Assembly (NCBI RefSeq): GCF_006345805.1
Contig: NC_042997.1
Coordinates: 180,420,001 to 180,484,000 of the forward strand
Origin: Octopus sinensis
Taxonomy: Eukaryota
Direction: 5' to 3'
Length of the DNA: 64,000 nt
Below, one piece after another: positions 1-12,625 of this stretch; position 1 is the first letter of the stretch, and each line of letters opens with the position of its first letter. A program made the position numbers and the translations under genes. The notes beneath the pieces are model-generated. The model did not search any database and was not told the DNA's origin. It worked only from the letters and a program-made list of their open reading frames with translations.

Positions 1-938
1 AAATTGAATAGTATAAATTATTTGCTATTATTTAGCTTTTAACCTCGTACGCACTGATCAAACAGAATTCTGACCAATGTAACGAGATGCCAGATTCTTT
101 TTAGTTATTTACTAGCTTAAGGTGACCCGTTCTATGCGTGGGTGAGGGTGTGGTTGTTACTTTCTTTTGCTTCCTTTCTGTTTGTTATCGCCACATTCTC
201 CCTTTTTGTTTCTCTCTCCTTTCTCTCTCACTTTTCCACTCTCTTACTCTTCCTTTCTCTCGGACTCTCCCTCGTTTTCTCTTACTCTCTATCTTTCTCT
301 CTCCCATCTATAAAAAACAAACGATCTTGAGTAAATTGAGAAATAAAATATTTTGAAAGATCAATCATAAACATCAAGCAGTGACAACGGAAAACACACT
401 TGCCTTTTGTACGTACCACTATTTGAGCGATTAAAAATAAGGAAAAAAGGATTTCTTTGTTAAATTTAGTCCTTACATTGGGAATTTTTCGACGATTGAC
501 CATGGAAAGGAAAGCTCTAAATAGGGGCTACATACAGCTGTAAATTTCTTTCAGAAAAAATGAAAACTGTAAACAATAAAAAGTAAAACACAAAAGAACG
601 TAAAAATGAGAAATTTTTTCAACTTCAAAAATCTTGCCTTAATTTTCAAAATTTCGAACCCATTTCTGCGCTTAAATTACAAATCCGCTTCCACTTTATC
701 ATGTTGAAAATTTGAGTCAAGTGTTCCCCAAAATCAATAAGATCCCGTTTTCGCACCAAAGCAACTACTCAGCTCCCCAAAACATCTTCCAATTAATTTC
801 TCATCTCAAGTTAACCCCTCCTGTAAATTTTAATCTCCTTCCAGCCCCATTTAGACCCCTTTTTATATAAAAATCCAATTTGTATCATTATTCCCCTTCT
901 TCGTTTCATAGATTAGATTTATTTAATTAATTAATCAA

Positions 939-984
939 TTAGTTAGTTAGTTAGTTAGTTAGTCAGTCAGTCAGTTAGTTAGTC

Positions 985-1057
<73 letters not shown>

Positions 1058-1075
1058 ATTAATTAATTAGTTAGT
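939..1075. repeat. (TTAG)n microsatellite with a short (TCAG) variant
   Basis: Direct reading: long ttagttagttag run. Confidence 0.95.
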
Positions 1076-2145
1076 TTTGTCAGTAATGGTATTACGTTGT
1101 GCAACGTTGCCTAATAACTGTTTCTATAAGGTTATTCTATGGCTTGACGGAAAATCATCTCCTTGTTCCATGTCAAAGGAAAACATATACTCGTGTCATG
1201 GATTCTGTATTATATTTGAATATGATAAACGATCGTATCAAATCTCAAACACTCTGGTAACTTACATTTTCTTTTCCAATAGAGATATCCAATATCATCA
1301 AATTGCTGTGATGCCGAATAAGCAATATCTGATTCAATGATATTTTTGTCAAATGCATTCTGGCTGTAAGCTAATTCTATCATAAGCACTGTTCCAAAAT
1401 GTTAAATGCAGGTGTATAGAATAGTTATTGCAGCCTATCTTCGATACACATTAAGTACAAATGTTTATGATGAAGTTTTTTGTCAGTTATAACGTTATCG
1501 AAAAATAGACTGAAGCTACAGATAAATTTGACTTCTATTTCTAGCATGAATAGCAAACATGTAAAAATTCCCGTTTGGCTTGTGTAGCACTTAGACTCTG
1601 ATATCTGATTAGATCCGTTTCCATCATACGTGACCTTTGAATTCGCGAACGCAAGAAGGCTGTGAAGACAGCTTAGAAAATCAGAAAAGATATGTGGCCA
1701 GAAGACAGAAAAAGAAAATTGGCTGGAAGACGGAAAAATTAAGTGACTGCTAATCGAAACCTGCACCTCTCAAATTCTGTTTGAACGCCCTGTAGCTCTA
1801 AGCCAAAGACTACCGAGGGCAGATACTAAGTAATAGATTTTAGAATATAAGAACATTGTGTAAGTAACCTTATTAGCGCCACCTGACTGTATTCTACAGA
1901 AAATAAAAGAATGTGAGAACGTAGGAAGTCGTTGAAGACAATTCAGAAAATCGGATACAGAGTTCTCAGCCGGATTCTCAGACAGGCAACGTTCTATTCC
2001 GTGTGGAGGCTTACTGGTTACATTGTACTGTTTCGTAAGATATATTTACTAAATTTTCTAAGCTGTCTTCACGGCATTCCTTCGTCCACCGATTCCTTTA
2101 TTTTCTGTAGAATACCGACACAAGCGACAATTCTAAATTTGTTTA

Positions 2146-2283
2146 CTATATATATATATATATATAATCAGTAATTAAGGGTAAAATCAATTAGTTATTA
2201 ATTAATTTCACCAAGTAGTGTTCAGCATGTAAAAGACCATTCAAGGCGTGTTCAAAATATTACGTTATATAATTATATAACGT

Positions 2284-2316
<33 letters not shown>

Positions 2317-2380
2317 ATGTGTGTACGTGTGCGTGTGCGTGTGTGTGCGTGTATATATGTATATATATATATATATATAT
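2146..2380. repeat. Compound (TA)n/(TG)n microsatellites
   Basis: Direct reading; source of the spurious IYIY/THTH ORF at 2260-2442. Confidence 0.9.
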
Positions 2381-3561
2381 GAGTTGAATATTTCATGTGT
2401 AATCCATTCACTGAAGGAATATTTAGAAATATATTCATCCATATACTAAATAATTTTCCTTAATTTCTTTTAATAATTCCTATTTGAAGTAATTTTATTT
2501 TCTGCTTATGTCAATTCTTAATAATGTTTTAGCGAGGCCGGCAAAATACACAAAATCCTTTATCGACTTTATCCAAGTTATTAACTATAAGACTTTGATG
2601 ACAGTAAAGAAAACTAACATTTTATCGTTAGTCGATATAAAAATCTCTGATAATTATATAAAGATTGCTTAAAACCGTCACTTCTTACTTACGATTACTA
2701 ATATAAAACATATATGGGAAACTTCTGACAAAAATTGAATGTTTTAAAACTTGTACATATAATAAATATGTGGAGAAAATATTAACATACAGGATGTTTA
2801 ATTTGATTTAAATGCAGTAAATCGTAAAATGGCAAGTTTATCTCTGTGTTTCTATATCAATCTTCTTTAACCTGTATTCATGTCTTTAAATTACGTTCAG
2901 TAATATCCGTAGGTGCACAAACTTTTATTGAAGTGCCCCCACATTTCTAATCATTCTTGCTGTCTGTATAAACCAATCGATAGCTGATGGCATAAACACT
3001 TTGTAGATCTTGACTGAGTTTCCAGTTAACACGTTCTTCATGATTTGTAAATAGCTAAAAGCATACAAAATATTCCTAATTATCTAGAAATAACGTGCAT
3101 ACATATTTATATACGTAGAAAACTGTACATATGTATGCATATATATTTGTGTATCTATATATCTAGATGTATGTGCTGTCATGTGTTTATAAGCATATGA
3201 TTGTGCATGTATGTTACTATGCATGTGTATGTGTGTACATATTTATGGATATTAGTGTATAACCATAACAATCAAGAGAGACTTCCATTATCCTCTAGTA
3301 AGAATTATCAGGGATATTTTTCACTCATTAGTGAATATAATTAATACTTCAATTTGAGTTAAGATAACGATGCAAATTGCTTGTCTTCAATAAGCATGGC
3401 TTAAAAGTTTTAATTCCCCTGACTTCCTGTTCTGATGGGTGCGTGACATAAATTCAAGATTTTAAATATCCGCAAAAATTCAAGAATCTCATCTAGCTTA
3501 TCTGTCTAAAACACTCAATAGAGGTTGATGTTAAGATGTTAATTAGATTGTTATAACTGGA

Positions 3562-3580
3562 TATACATACATAGATACAC

Positions 3581-3635
<55 letters not shown>

Positions 3636-3646
3636 CATAGATACAC

Positions 3647-3697
<51 letters not shown>

Positions 3698-3740
3698 TGA
3701 AAATAAAGCGATCAATGCAATCATGACATCAGAACAAAAT

Positions 3741-3774
<34 letters not shown>

Positions 3775-3785
3775 TGCATGTATGT
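3562..3785. repeat. Tandem duplication of ATACATACATAGATACACG(TA)n plus further (TA)n
   Basis: The same 19-nt lead-in precedes two consecutive TA runs. Confidence 0.9.
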
Positions 3786-4769
3786 ATAGATAAGTGAACG
3801 TATATGTTATGCATTAATTTATGTATATAAATCCCCTACTTTTATGTTATTTTGTGGTACATTATTTTATGCATATCATGCATGTCACTGTTTTACAATC
3901 ACCTTCCAGTATTTCAGCCATTTTCAACGCTTTTGTTTACAGATCTGCTTAAAGTTACCATAGGAATCATATATAAAACATGAAAACACAAATTCAATAT
4001 ATTAATATTTTTTTTTTCTATAGAGCTATTCAATAAAATGAAGCCTGAGACAATTATTTAAGAATATTAAGCCTATTTCTTAGACAAAGATTCAATATTA
4101 CCTCTGAAATTATCCATCAAGGATGATTCCGTAACATGGTTAAAATAATATTTTTTCCTGCTATTCTTAAATGTCTATTTAGCTTTGTTATACAACAATA
4201 AAAAAATTGAGATTGAACACATCAAGCTATTCTGTATAAGTGAGTCATAGTTTTCGAATGAGAGCAGGGGTATATAGAAACATTCCTCTCACAACCAAAC
4301 GCGTTTGTAAGCATTCTTCCAAATCGAACTCTCTAAAAGAAAAAGAATGACACAAATGCATCAATCAAATAATTAGCACAAATTTTCAGACTCCTTCATC
4401 TTTAACCTCATATTTTAACTTATTCCTTCTTTCGGAAATCACATTGCGATGTCATGATTGCATTGATCGTTGTATTTTCACTGATATCATTACAACCACT
4501 ACCGTATGCCGAGTAATTTTTCTGCAAAGTTCTATTTTAGTGTCAGTGAAGGAATTATATTTTCAATAAGATTTAATTTATATATTTCATTTTTAATGAG
4601 CTGTGTGGCAGTATATGATACAGCTCACAATGCAAAGGATAACGTCTATATATTTCTCTCTATAAATTAACCTTGGTTACTATTAGATATATTCGCCTTA
4701 GATGCGTTGTACAAGTTAAATATGCATTTATATAAATATACACAGTTTCTGTCCCTCCTCTACCACTCC

Positions 4770-4919
4770 CTTCCTTGCTCTCTCTCTTTCTCTCTTTGTT
4801 AATATCACTCTCTGTATAAAGACATATACACATGCATATATACACACACATATATGTATGCATATATATACATATATATATACACATATGTATCCACACT
4901 TATAAACACACACACACAT

Positions 4920-4970
<51 letters not shown>
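4770..4970. repeat. Compound (CT)n/(CA)n/(TA)n microsatellite
   Basis: Direct reading. Confidence 0.9.
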
Positions 4971-4972
<2 letters not shown>

Positions 4973-6869
4973 GTGAATGCACATGTATGTGAGTGAGAGC
5001 TAAATGGAACTAGAGGATCAGTAAAATTAGTTGACGTGGCTTCCCTAGATTGGTGTTGTAGTTGATGCAGACCGTATCTAAGCAGGAAGCCTGAGTCACT
5101 AGCAGTCTTGATTTTCAAATTAATCTCCACCCCTAAATCCAGACACCACATGCGTTCTGAAAAATTATTTTCAAATTTTGAAATGAATCATTAGTTACTG
5201 CAGAATTCTCCGCCAGGGTTTTGCTTCGTGCCTACCTCTCTAAATAAGTATTTTTGTGACGTATAATCGTTGTGTAACGTGAGATTTTTCAAAGAAAAGA
5301 ATATTAAAATATTTGAATTTTCATTGGTCAAGTTTAATATTAATATACGTAATGCCAAGACTGTAGAAATTTTAAATAGCTGAATGGCTGTTGTTTTGTT
5401 GATTTTTTCTTCATATACGGGAGACGATATCCGACATATCATTACCCCTACTCAGTGATGTATAACATTCATTTTACATATAGATGAGAAAAAACACTAA
5501 TGAAATGAAAATGGCAGTACAGGTATAGCTGCAGGAAAATAGAAATATTCATGGAATAAAAGTTATTTTCAGACAATATATACAAGAAAATTACTGAATT
5601 GATAAAGACTGAAATGATCTAAGTATGATATAAATCTTGCCCCATAATTGCCGAAAGAATAAATGTAATATTAGTCACTGAATACCATTATATTCTCCTC
5701 GAGAACTATTATACTCTCATATTAAATTTGTTGAGTTTTTCTTTTTGTATGCAACACTGACTCCAATATTGATACACTGAAATAGATTTTTCTTCGTGTG
5801 TATTATAATTCGTGCATATTTCTATATAGCTATTATATTAGTTTTTTCTGAAAGTTTCTAAATAATGGTCAAATCTGATGATATTCAAGAATTAGACATT
5901 AGATTTTTTTTTACTCTGAATCAATTTTCTGCAGATTAAAAACAATACCTATACATACAACGTTTCTAGACAAAAAAGGAAATAAAGTTAGTGTGGCCAA
6001 AATAAAACGCAGAAAATGAACTGTATTTCACGGCAACTGAAACGATGTGAAAGGATTTGTTGTATGCAAACTGTAATACAAATACGTAAGACAAAATTCA
6101 CTTAATATAATTTTCAAAAAGTTGAGTTTGTGTCGTATTCCGAACAAAGCATGAAATATTCAAATATTCAAAAATAAAATTTCAGAACAATAAGTTATAA
6201 TACATTAGAAATTCATTATCTTACGTGTATTCATTTAGTAGTATAAACAACTCTATTCCTGGGTGAATTACGCTTGCTTAAATAATATCAGAAAGGTCTC
6301 CAGAATGCAGGACTCTCTTATAGGATATCTCGTTTCCGAAACCCATTGCAAGTAGTTTAATAAGATTTGAGTAAAAATTATATTAGACACAGCCAGAAGA
6401 CTGGTGGTTTTTGAGCCGATTTTCTATAGGAGATAGCAGTACGAACATTGCATAATGTGCAAGGCAAATGTTTTCTTCATAAATAAGGATAAAATGAAAC
6501 TCCATCGTAGGTTGTTGATCTCCAGCATTAAATTTATTAGTACTAATCTGACTATTGTTGTAGCATGATGATGATGATAGAGCTTCGCAGATTAGGGAAA
6601 TTCCTATTCGTATTTTAGACGTTCAATTTACTTACTCTGTTTAATTTGATAGAAAACTGAATTATTTAAATTAATTTCTGCTGTTCGGCATTTCGATGCG
6701 ACGCAGAACAGAGTAAACATTCTTAATTTTCCACTACGATATTAATGCAGCTAATATAAAATGCATAAGTAGCAAAGTTTTCATAACATATACAAAACAT
6801 TTAACGAGTGGATGTTGAATTAGATATGCTATAGGGTATTTTAATAAACGCTCGAGTTACAAAATATGA

Positions 6870-7022
6870 CGACCGTCTTCCAGTTTCTGTCTACCAAATC
6901 TAGTAGCAAGAGTTTGATCGTGCTGGTGATATAGAAAACGTTTGTCCAAATGCTGTACAGTAAACTGATACCGAACCCATATTCTTAGGAATACACCTTC
7001 TTACCACACAGCCCTACCTGCG
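6870..7022 (-). mobile_element. Degenerate tRNA-derived SINE, family A (5' part)
   Basis: Reverse complement resembles the GCGCAGG..GGCTGTGTGGTAAG head of the copies at 25548 and 47638. Confidence 0.65.
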
Positions 7023-7049
7023 CTTATGCTGTTTTTTTTCTTGATAATG

Positions 7050-7215
7050 AATATTGATTTCAAATTTTGGCACAAGGCCAGTGATTTCGGGGAATAGGTA
7101 GATCGATTATATCAACACCAGTGTACAATTGATTTAATTTATTGACCCCGAAATGATGAAAGGCAAAGCCTATCTCAGCAAAATTTGAACTCGAAACATA
7201 AAGACGGACATTCTG
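7050..7215 (-). mobile_element. Degenerate SINE, family B (3' part)
   Basis: Reverse complement matches the GAGTTCAAATT..CTTTGCCTTTCATC..CTTGTGCCAAAATTTGAAA body seen at 12315 and 19062. Confidence 0.7.
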
Positions 7216-7558
7216 TAATTAATACCAAAATTATATGAAAGTCGGCAGTAACATTGAGTTACCGAATTACATGTATCCTCTGATTCCGCCGTCTAAATTC
7301 GAAATCCAGATCCAACATATTTCGACTTATTTTTGTCCTGTATCACTTCAGCGATAGATATCACATCCAACTCTTGTTTTTAGAAATATTTCATCTAAGA
7401 CTATATTAATCAGTGCCTCCTTCCTCTATTTTATTTTTGGTCAAAGATAAAGTAGAAGTTGAATGGAAATTAACTACTAGCTAGAACGTGTAAAATATGT
7501 CTTGGGGATTTACTCTAAAAATATGTATCCAGCTTTTGATAGTCTTTAATGAAAAATA

Positions 7559-9817
7559 TTGGGCGATCCCATAACTAGTGCGTGCGGTATTTTGAATTGC
7601 ATGAACTAAAAGTCGGAGCGGGACAGGATAAACTACCTCCATCAGCTTGCTATAAAAGCAGGTAGTAATTTTACGGTGTCCTTATTCTTAGTGCAGTTGG
7701 TACCTGGAGAGGCAAGTCGATAACGCCCAACAGTGTCGTCGGACGTTGGATGGAGGGGTCTGGTTCGGTCCAGACCTCCAGATAAAGAAAAAGTGGAGTG
7801 ACGTCAGGACCAGAGTGGTCTGAGCGAGGCTAACCCTGAAATTGAGGGTGGATGTCGCAAGTGCATTTATCGCATCTGTGATCACCTAACGCTTAACTGT
7901 CGTGCTTTGCCCCGATTCGAGTTGGAACGATTGCGCTTCCGTGTATTGTGGAAGGACAATGGACTTCTTGTAAGGCGCTCTATCTGTTGCCAAGAACTGT
8001 TAAAGAGTGGGCTAGGGATGCTATGGCTGATGATGCGCATCTAACTAAGGCATCTTTGGTTTTACCTGGATGGTGAACAGGTGTGGTCTCCGTTCGTCAA
8101 ACTGCTGCTTCCTAAGTTCACTAGCATCAAACGTAGTCCAAAGTTGGGTATTTGGCATGCTGAGTGTCGTAAGGCCTTCGTGCTCCGCCACCTCACGGGT
8201 AATGCTGGTAGCGAGGTTTCTACCCCGTCATTCTATAGAGAGTTGGTAGAGGCCAAGTGTGATGACACCCTCGGGGACATCCTGGGCTTCGAAATTGGTG
8301 AACAGGCCAGCCTGTTCCAAAGGACATTCGGGCCGGGACCCTTGGACAACTTCCAGAGGTCTCTAGCCTGGCAATGTTACCGAGGAGCCTTACCAGGTCA
8401 TGATAAACTTGCAAAGCACGGTGCCTCATGCTCAACCACCTGCCCAAGTTCTGGGCGGGACAGCGAAACTGTGCCGCACGCATCTGTGCAGTATTCGAGG
8501 ATTGTAGACCTGTGGGTTTATGTCGAACGGCTGCTGTCACGTATAGGAAGAGTACAGCTGTGTTCTAAGTCAGTTAGAAAGATTGTTCCACCTACCTCTC
8601 TAAACAGAGTAGGATAGGCTTGTTTTCTCGTAGTGGTCGCTATGATGAAAGAAGCTATCTGGAGAAGACGTATGAAAGGATTGGTGACAGGTATCTTCAT
8701 CACTGGTGAACTTTTTTGTTTTCCAACTATGAAGGAAAATATGGCTAGAGAGGAGGTGCCTGTAATCGGATACATGGAAGCAAGTGGGTATGAAAGGTCC
8801 TGAGTGAGTGTAAATCATAAAGGCATGTAAAAAGGTCCAGTGGAGGAATGTGGCTAGCGGGGTCATACCCGTCCCCTATTTCATTTTACTGTCTTATTGT
8901 TTGTTTTTGCATCATTTCAATGTCACTAATTTTTAAATGTTCATTTCAATGTTATCCCGACACCGCGTTCAAATTGTATCGCCCAATCTATGTTTGGCCT
9001 TTGTAGCTGGAATAAAATCCTTATTTTTAGCTCAGGTTTTGAAGGGTGCGGTTTTAACAGTTATTTTTTCAAAGCTATAATAGAAGTGACAAAGGAACAT
9101 ATTCAGTCCTTTTTTTAAATTTATGAGTTCAATAAAGGCAACAACATAACGGTAAGTGCGAGGAATATTAATGCAGTATATAGGGTTCGGACAATACGTG
9201 TAAGTCAGTTTCAACGGTGGTTCCAGAAATTTCGAGCCGGAAATTACAGTCTAGAATACGAGTCTCATCCTGTAAGATCTGCAGAGCTCAATGAGAACGT
9301 CCAGCAAACTCTGGTGGAGCAAACTCTAGTCTTAACTGTTGTGTAACTACCAGAGAAGGTTGGATTTTGTCATTCAACTATTCATTGACACCTGTGTGCC
9401 ATCGGAAACTACCATCTTTGGTTTCAAGACGAAAAGTGTTCTTCCATCAGGACAATGCTTGGCCACATACAGTGAGGATGACATTCCAGAGGCTGGAGCA
9501 GTTTAAATGGGAAACAATACCCCACCCACTAAAATCGCCGGACATTGTTCCATCTGATTATCATTTATTCCGCAGTCTTCAAAATCATTTCGAAGGAAAA
9601 ATATGAATTCTGTAGACGAGGTCAGAACAGTACTGAAGAAGTATTTTTCATCACAGATAAATGCATTTTGGAGGAGGGGCTTTACAAGTCTACCAGATAG
9701 ATGGGAGAGCATTGTAGAAAATGAAGGAGAGTATATTTTAGAATAAAAAGAACGTCGCGTATCTTAATGTTGAAAAATAAAAGTATAAATACACCGCATT
9801 ATTTATGGGATACCCAA
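7559..9817 (+). mobile_element. Mariner (Mos1/Hsmar1-like) transposon, internally deleted and interrupted by a LINE
   Basis: Imperfect TIRs TTGGGCGATCCCATAA (7559) and TTATGGGATACCCAA (ends 9817), each flanked by TA. Translation from ~9080 gives a helix-turn-helix region (QRWFQKFRAGNYSLE) fused by deletion to FHQDNAWPH..HPLKSPDIVPSDYHLFRSLQN..LPDRWESIVENEGEY. Confidence 0.9.
7692..9017 (+). mobile_element. 5'-truncated Tx1/L1-clade non-LTR retrotransposon (post-RT region, zf-RVT-like Cys/His motif, 3' UTR)
   Basis: Broken frame GVWFGPDLQ..GLGM..WSPFVK..LAWQCYRGALP..CP....ETVPHA (ORF 8081-8617); AATAAA at 9011; 13-bp TSD TCCTTATT(C/T)TTAG at 7679-7691 and 9018-9030. Confidence 0.85.
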
Positions 9818-10853
9818 TATATCAGTTGCCATCTTTTATCATATTTTCACATTTAAAACATATTCGTGGAATATAATATATTGATTTATAAACACAAATA
9901 ATTTTAATTTCAAGAACTTATTCTTTTGGTAAAAAAAAGATTTAGTGAAATCGATGAAGTTTACTGGCGACAGTATACAAGTCAATCAGAATAGTCTTTT
10001 GATAATCCTGATTACTGTAAAGCATAAAATGTATGCTATACCACGAGTCGTCTCAATCTTTTTCATAGTTTAGGTTCTCATTATAGATAAACGGACTTTC
10101 AAAACTACTGCTAACATGGGTATTACTTAGCATTATATAAGTGGGTATGTCTATAGGTGCACTTTACTCGATTTCCTAAAGCACTTTTCACAGCTATTCT
10201 AATGTATTTGAAATTTTCTAAAAATATTTTGATATAAATACAGTGATTTCGAGTGAAGCAATTGAAAGATTAAGAATTAGAAAATGCATTAGCTCAGTAT
10301 GGTTTATATTTTGAATTAGCAGTCTTCTCTCTGCTTTTTGACATACATGTAAGTATATATGTAACTTATTTGCCTCGATGACGAAGGTAATATTATGTGC
10401 TGCACCAGGCTGATAGCCCGTGTTAACAAATAAACATGGCGTATGCAAATACGAAATGAGACCACCCGTCTATAGGCACTATTCTCATATATATCAATTT
10501 AATACACAGCTGAAAGAGCTACTAATTGTTCCATGTTGTTATAATATTTGAACAGCCATATTTTTAAAATACCCCCTGTATCTTAAAGCAATATTTCAAA
10601 CTATTTAATCGTTATACATACATATTAAAAACTATGACGCTTGGCAGTGAGAAAATAAAAATATGTGGAAAAAATGTGGTGAGGGTTGGTGCTAAAAATG
10701 GAACGAGAAAAAGAAAACGAAATCAAGAAAACTAAGATCTTCATCCTCCGTGATTGTAGGAAGCTCACTAGATACAACTGGTATAGAACAAAATAACAAG
10801 AAATACGTCAAAGTCTTGGATACAACAACTGAATCCGGACTGATTAGTTCCCT

Positions 10854-11166
10854 CTAATTCGATAAACGAAATCTGTCCATGTGTCTACACCGGCTAAAAA
10901 TCTCAGGTCTGGAATTAAGAAGTGTGATGGGAGAGCAGGATCCAAGAAGAATAGGTGATCATTCTGCTACGCATAAGTTGCATTCCTTAGATCCTTTAAC
11001 CTGGCTTGGATTTCTCAACTATTCTCCACTTAATTGTATGTGGTGTGCAGCTGTTCCTCTAATCCCATACGTGGCTAGCCGACTTAATTGCATTACTTTT
11101 ATCTATGTGCAGGGAAAAAGATAGGTGGTCTGCATAACGTCCCTTGAATTCTCCCTCAAATAACCC
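10854..11166 (-). mobile_element. Penelope-like element, GIY-YIG C-terminal remnant
   Basis: Minus-strand broken frame GLFEGEFKGRYADH..HVWD..IKWRIVEK..KECNLCVAE..LLNSRPEIFSRCRH, the CNLC/LLN.R.E..S.CRH signature of PLE C-termini. Confidence 0.8.
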
Positions 11167-11474
11167 GATTTAATTCTTCATTTCAATTTATTTGTGATGG
11201 AGTATAGCTGTAACTTCAACCCCGTGTGTCTGTGTTGAAACTTCGTTCAAAGAATTACAATGTATGAGCAACTGAATAAGTTTGAATAAAACATTATGAG
11301 AATGCAAGTCAGGGCTAGAACAATAAAATATGGCGTTGCCTACAAATAGTAATGATGTAGAAATGTCAAAAATTCCGTGGAATAGATAGATAGACATATA
11401 GATATGAATATATATGTATGCACATATGCATATCGATCCATATATATGTGTGTGTGTGTAATCTTCTCTCTCTT

Positions 11475-11523
<49 letters not shown>

Positions 11524-12314
11524 ATATGAAGTATAAATACACTAAACGTGTCCACTGCCCTCTGTAATGTGGGAGATTGGCAATTAGGTCCTAAATTTTA
11601 TTCCATTACATAAGAAACTCTTTCAACGGAATTAGGAGGAGCAGGTATTTTATAAAACTGAGAAAAGTGTTTTTTTTCCTTAATATAGTGTAACTATTGA
11701 ATTATGAAAGAATTTTAAAAAATATGACAAATGAAGGAAAACTAATGAAAACGATATGCTTATTACAATGTAAGTTGTGAGAAAAGCGAACTTGATAGTT
11801 ATTTAGTCAACGACTTTGCATTCGCTTCCCAAAATTTGCATCATTTGCCAAATATGTGCATTTTTTGTTTCCATGTACACATTTATTAGCTGTAGGTTTA
11901 CTTGAAACGTGAGATTTCAAAGGTTAGAAATGGTGTTAATAACGTCATAAATTAAAGAATTATATATTCAATGCATTGAAATTATGCAACATTTTTCTTA
12001 TAATGACATTCGGAATTTTAAATGTTACATTAAAAATATACCCAATACATTTAAATATTAGTTGCATTAATGTTGCTATGGAGAATAAATGTGATGAATA
12101 AACCTTATAATGTAAGATGTACGACTGTCTTGGTAACTACCTTTTCAATCAACACACTTACAATAATTATTATTATAATGTGATTTTTATTTTCATAATG
12201 TTCACACTAGCTTCACAATCGTTAAATGATATCGAAAACGTTTCCAATATGTTTTGTTACTAGTCGACCCTTCACATGCGTTGCGATACAATGATGGTAA
12301 TATGCACATTTCAA

Positions 12315-12458
12315 TGAGTTCAAATTCCGCCGAGGGTGTCTTTGCCTTTCGCCCTTTCGGGATAGATAAAGTAAATACCAGATAAGCATCAGGGTTGTTG
12401 CAATCGACTAAAACCCTCCTCCCAAAATTGCAGGCATTGTGCCAAATTTTGAAATTAA
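12315..12458 (+). mobile_element. SINE family B fragment
   Basis: B-box-like GAGTTCAAATTCC followed by the family body ending TTGTGCCAAATTTTGAAA. Confidence 0.8.
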
Positions 12459-12548
12459 CTTATACAAACAGTCGACAGTATGTATGAAAGCTTTTTGGAT
12501 TCGCCGTTATTGTATGGTGATATTTTGCTTCCCTTTACTCTTCTGTAG

Positions 12549-12625
12549 TCGACTACACAATTTCTTTAGTTGTTGCAATGAGATATGTGTTTGATTATTA
12601 TTGCAATTTATTTTATTTACTTGAG
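12549..12625 (+). CDS. Candidate internal coding exon (77 nt, phase 1 to 0): (V)DYTISLVVAMRYVFDYYCNLFYLLE
   Basis: Acceptor TGCTTCCCTTTACTCTTCTGTAG, donor GAG|GTATGT, open hydrophobic frame loosely like an ion-channel S2 helix. No homology confirmed. Confidence 0.35.

Noticed and set aside
117-870. Possible Kolobok/MITE-like element starting TTAA|GG (a similar TTAA|AGG start occurs at ~47215)
   Set aside because: No matching opposite terminus or TSD could be found by eye.
939-1075. (TTAG)n as an interstitial telomere
   Set aside because: The unit is neither TTAGGG nor TTAGG; it is an ordinary tetranucleotide microsatellite.
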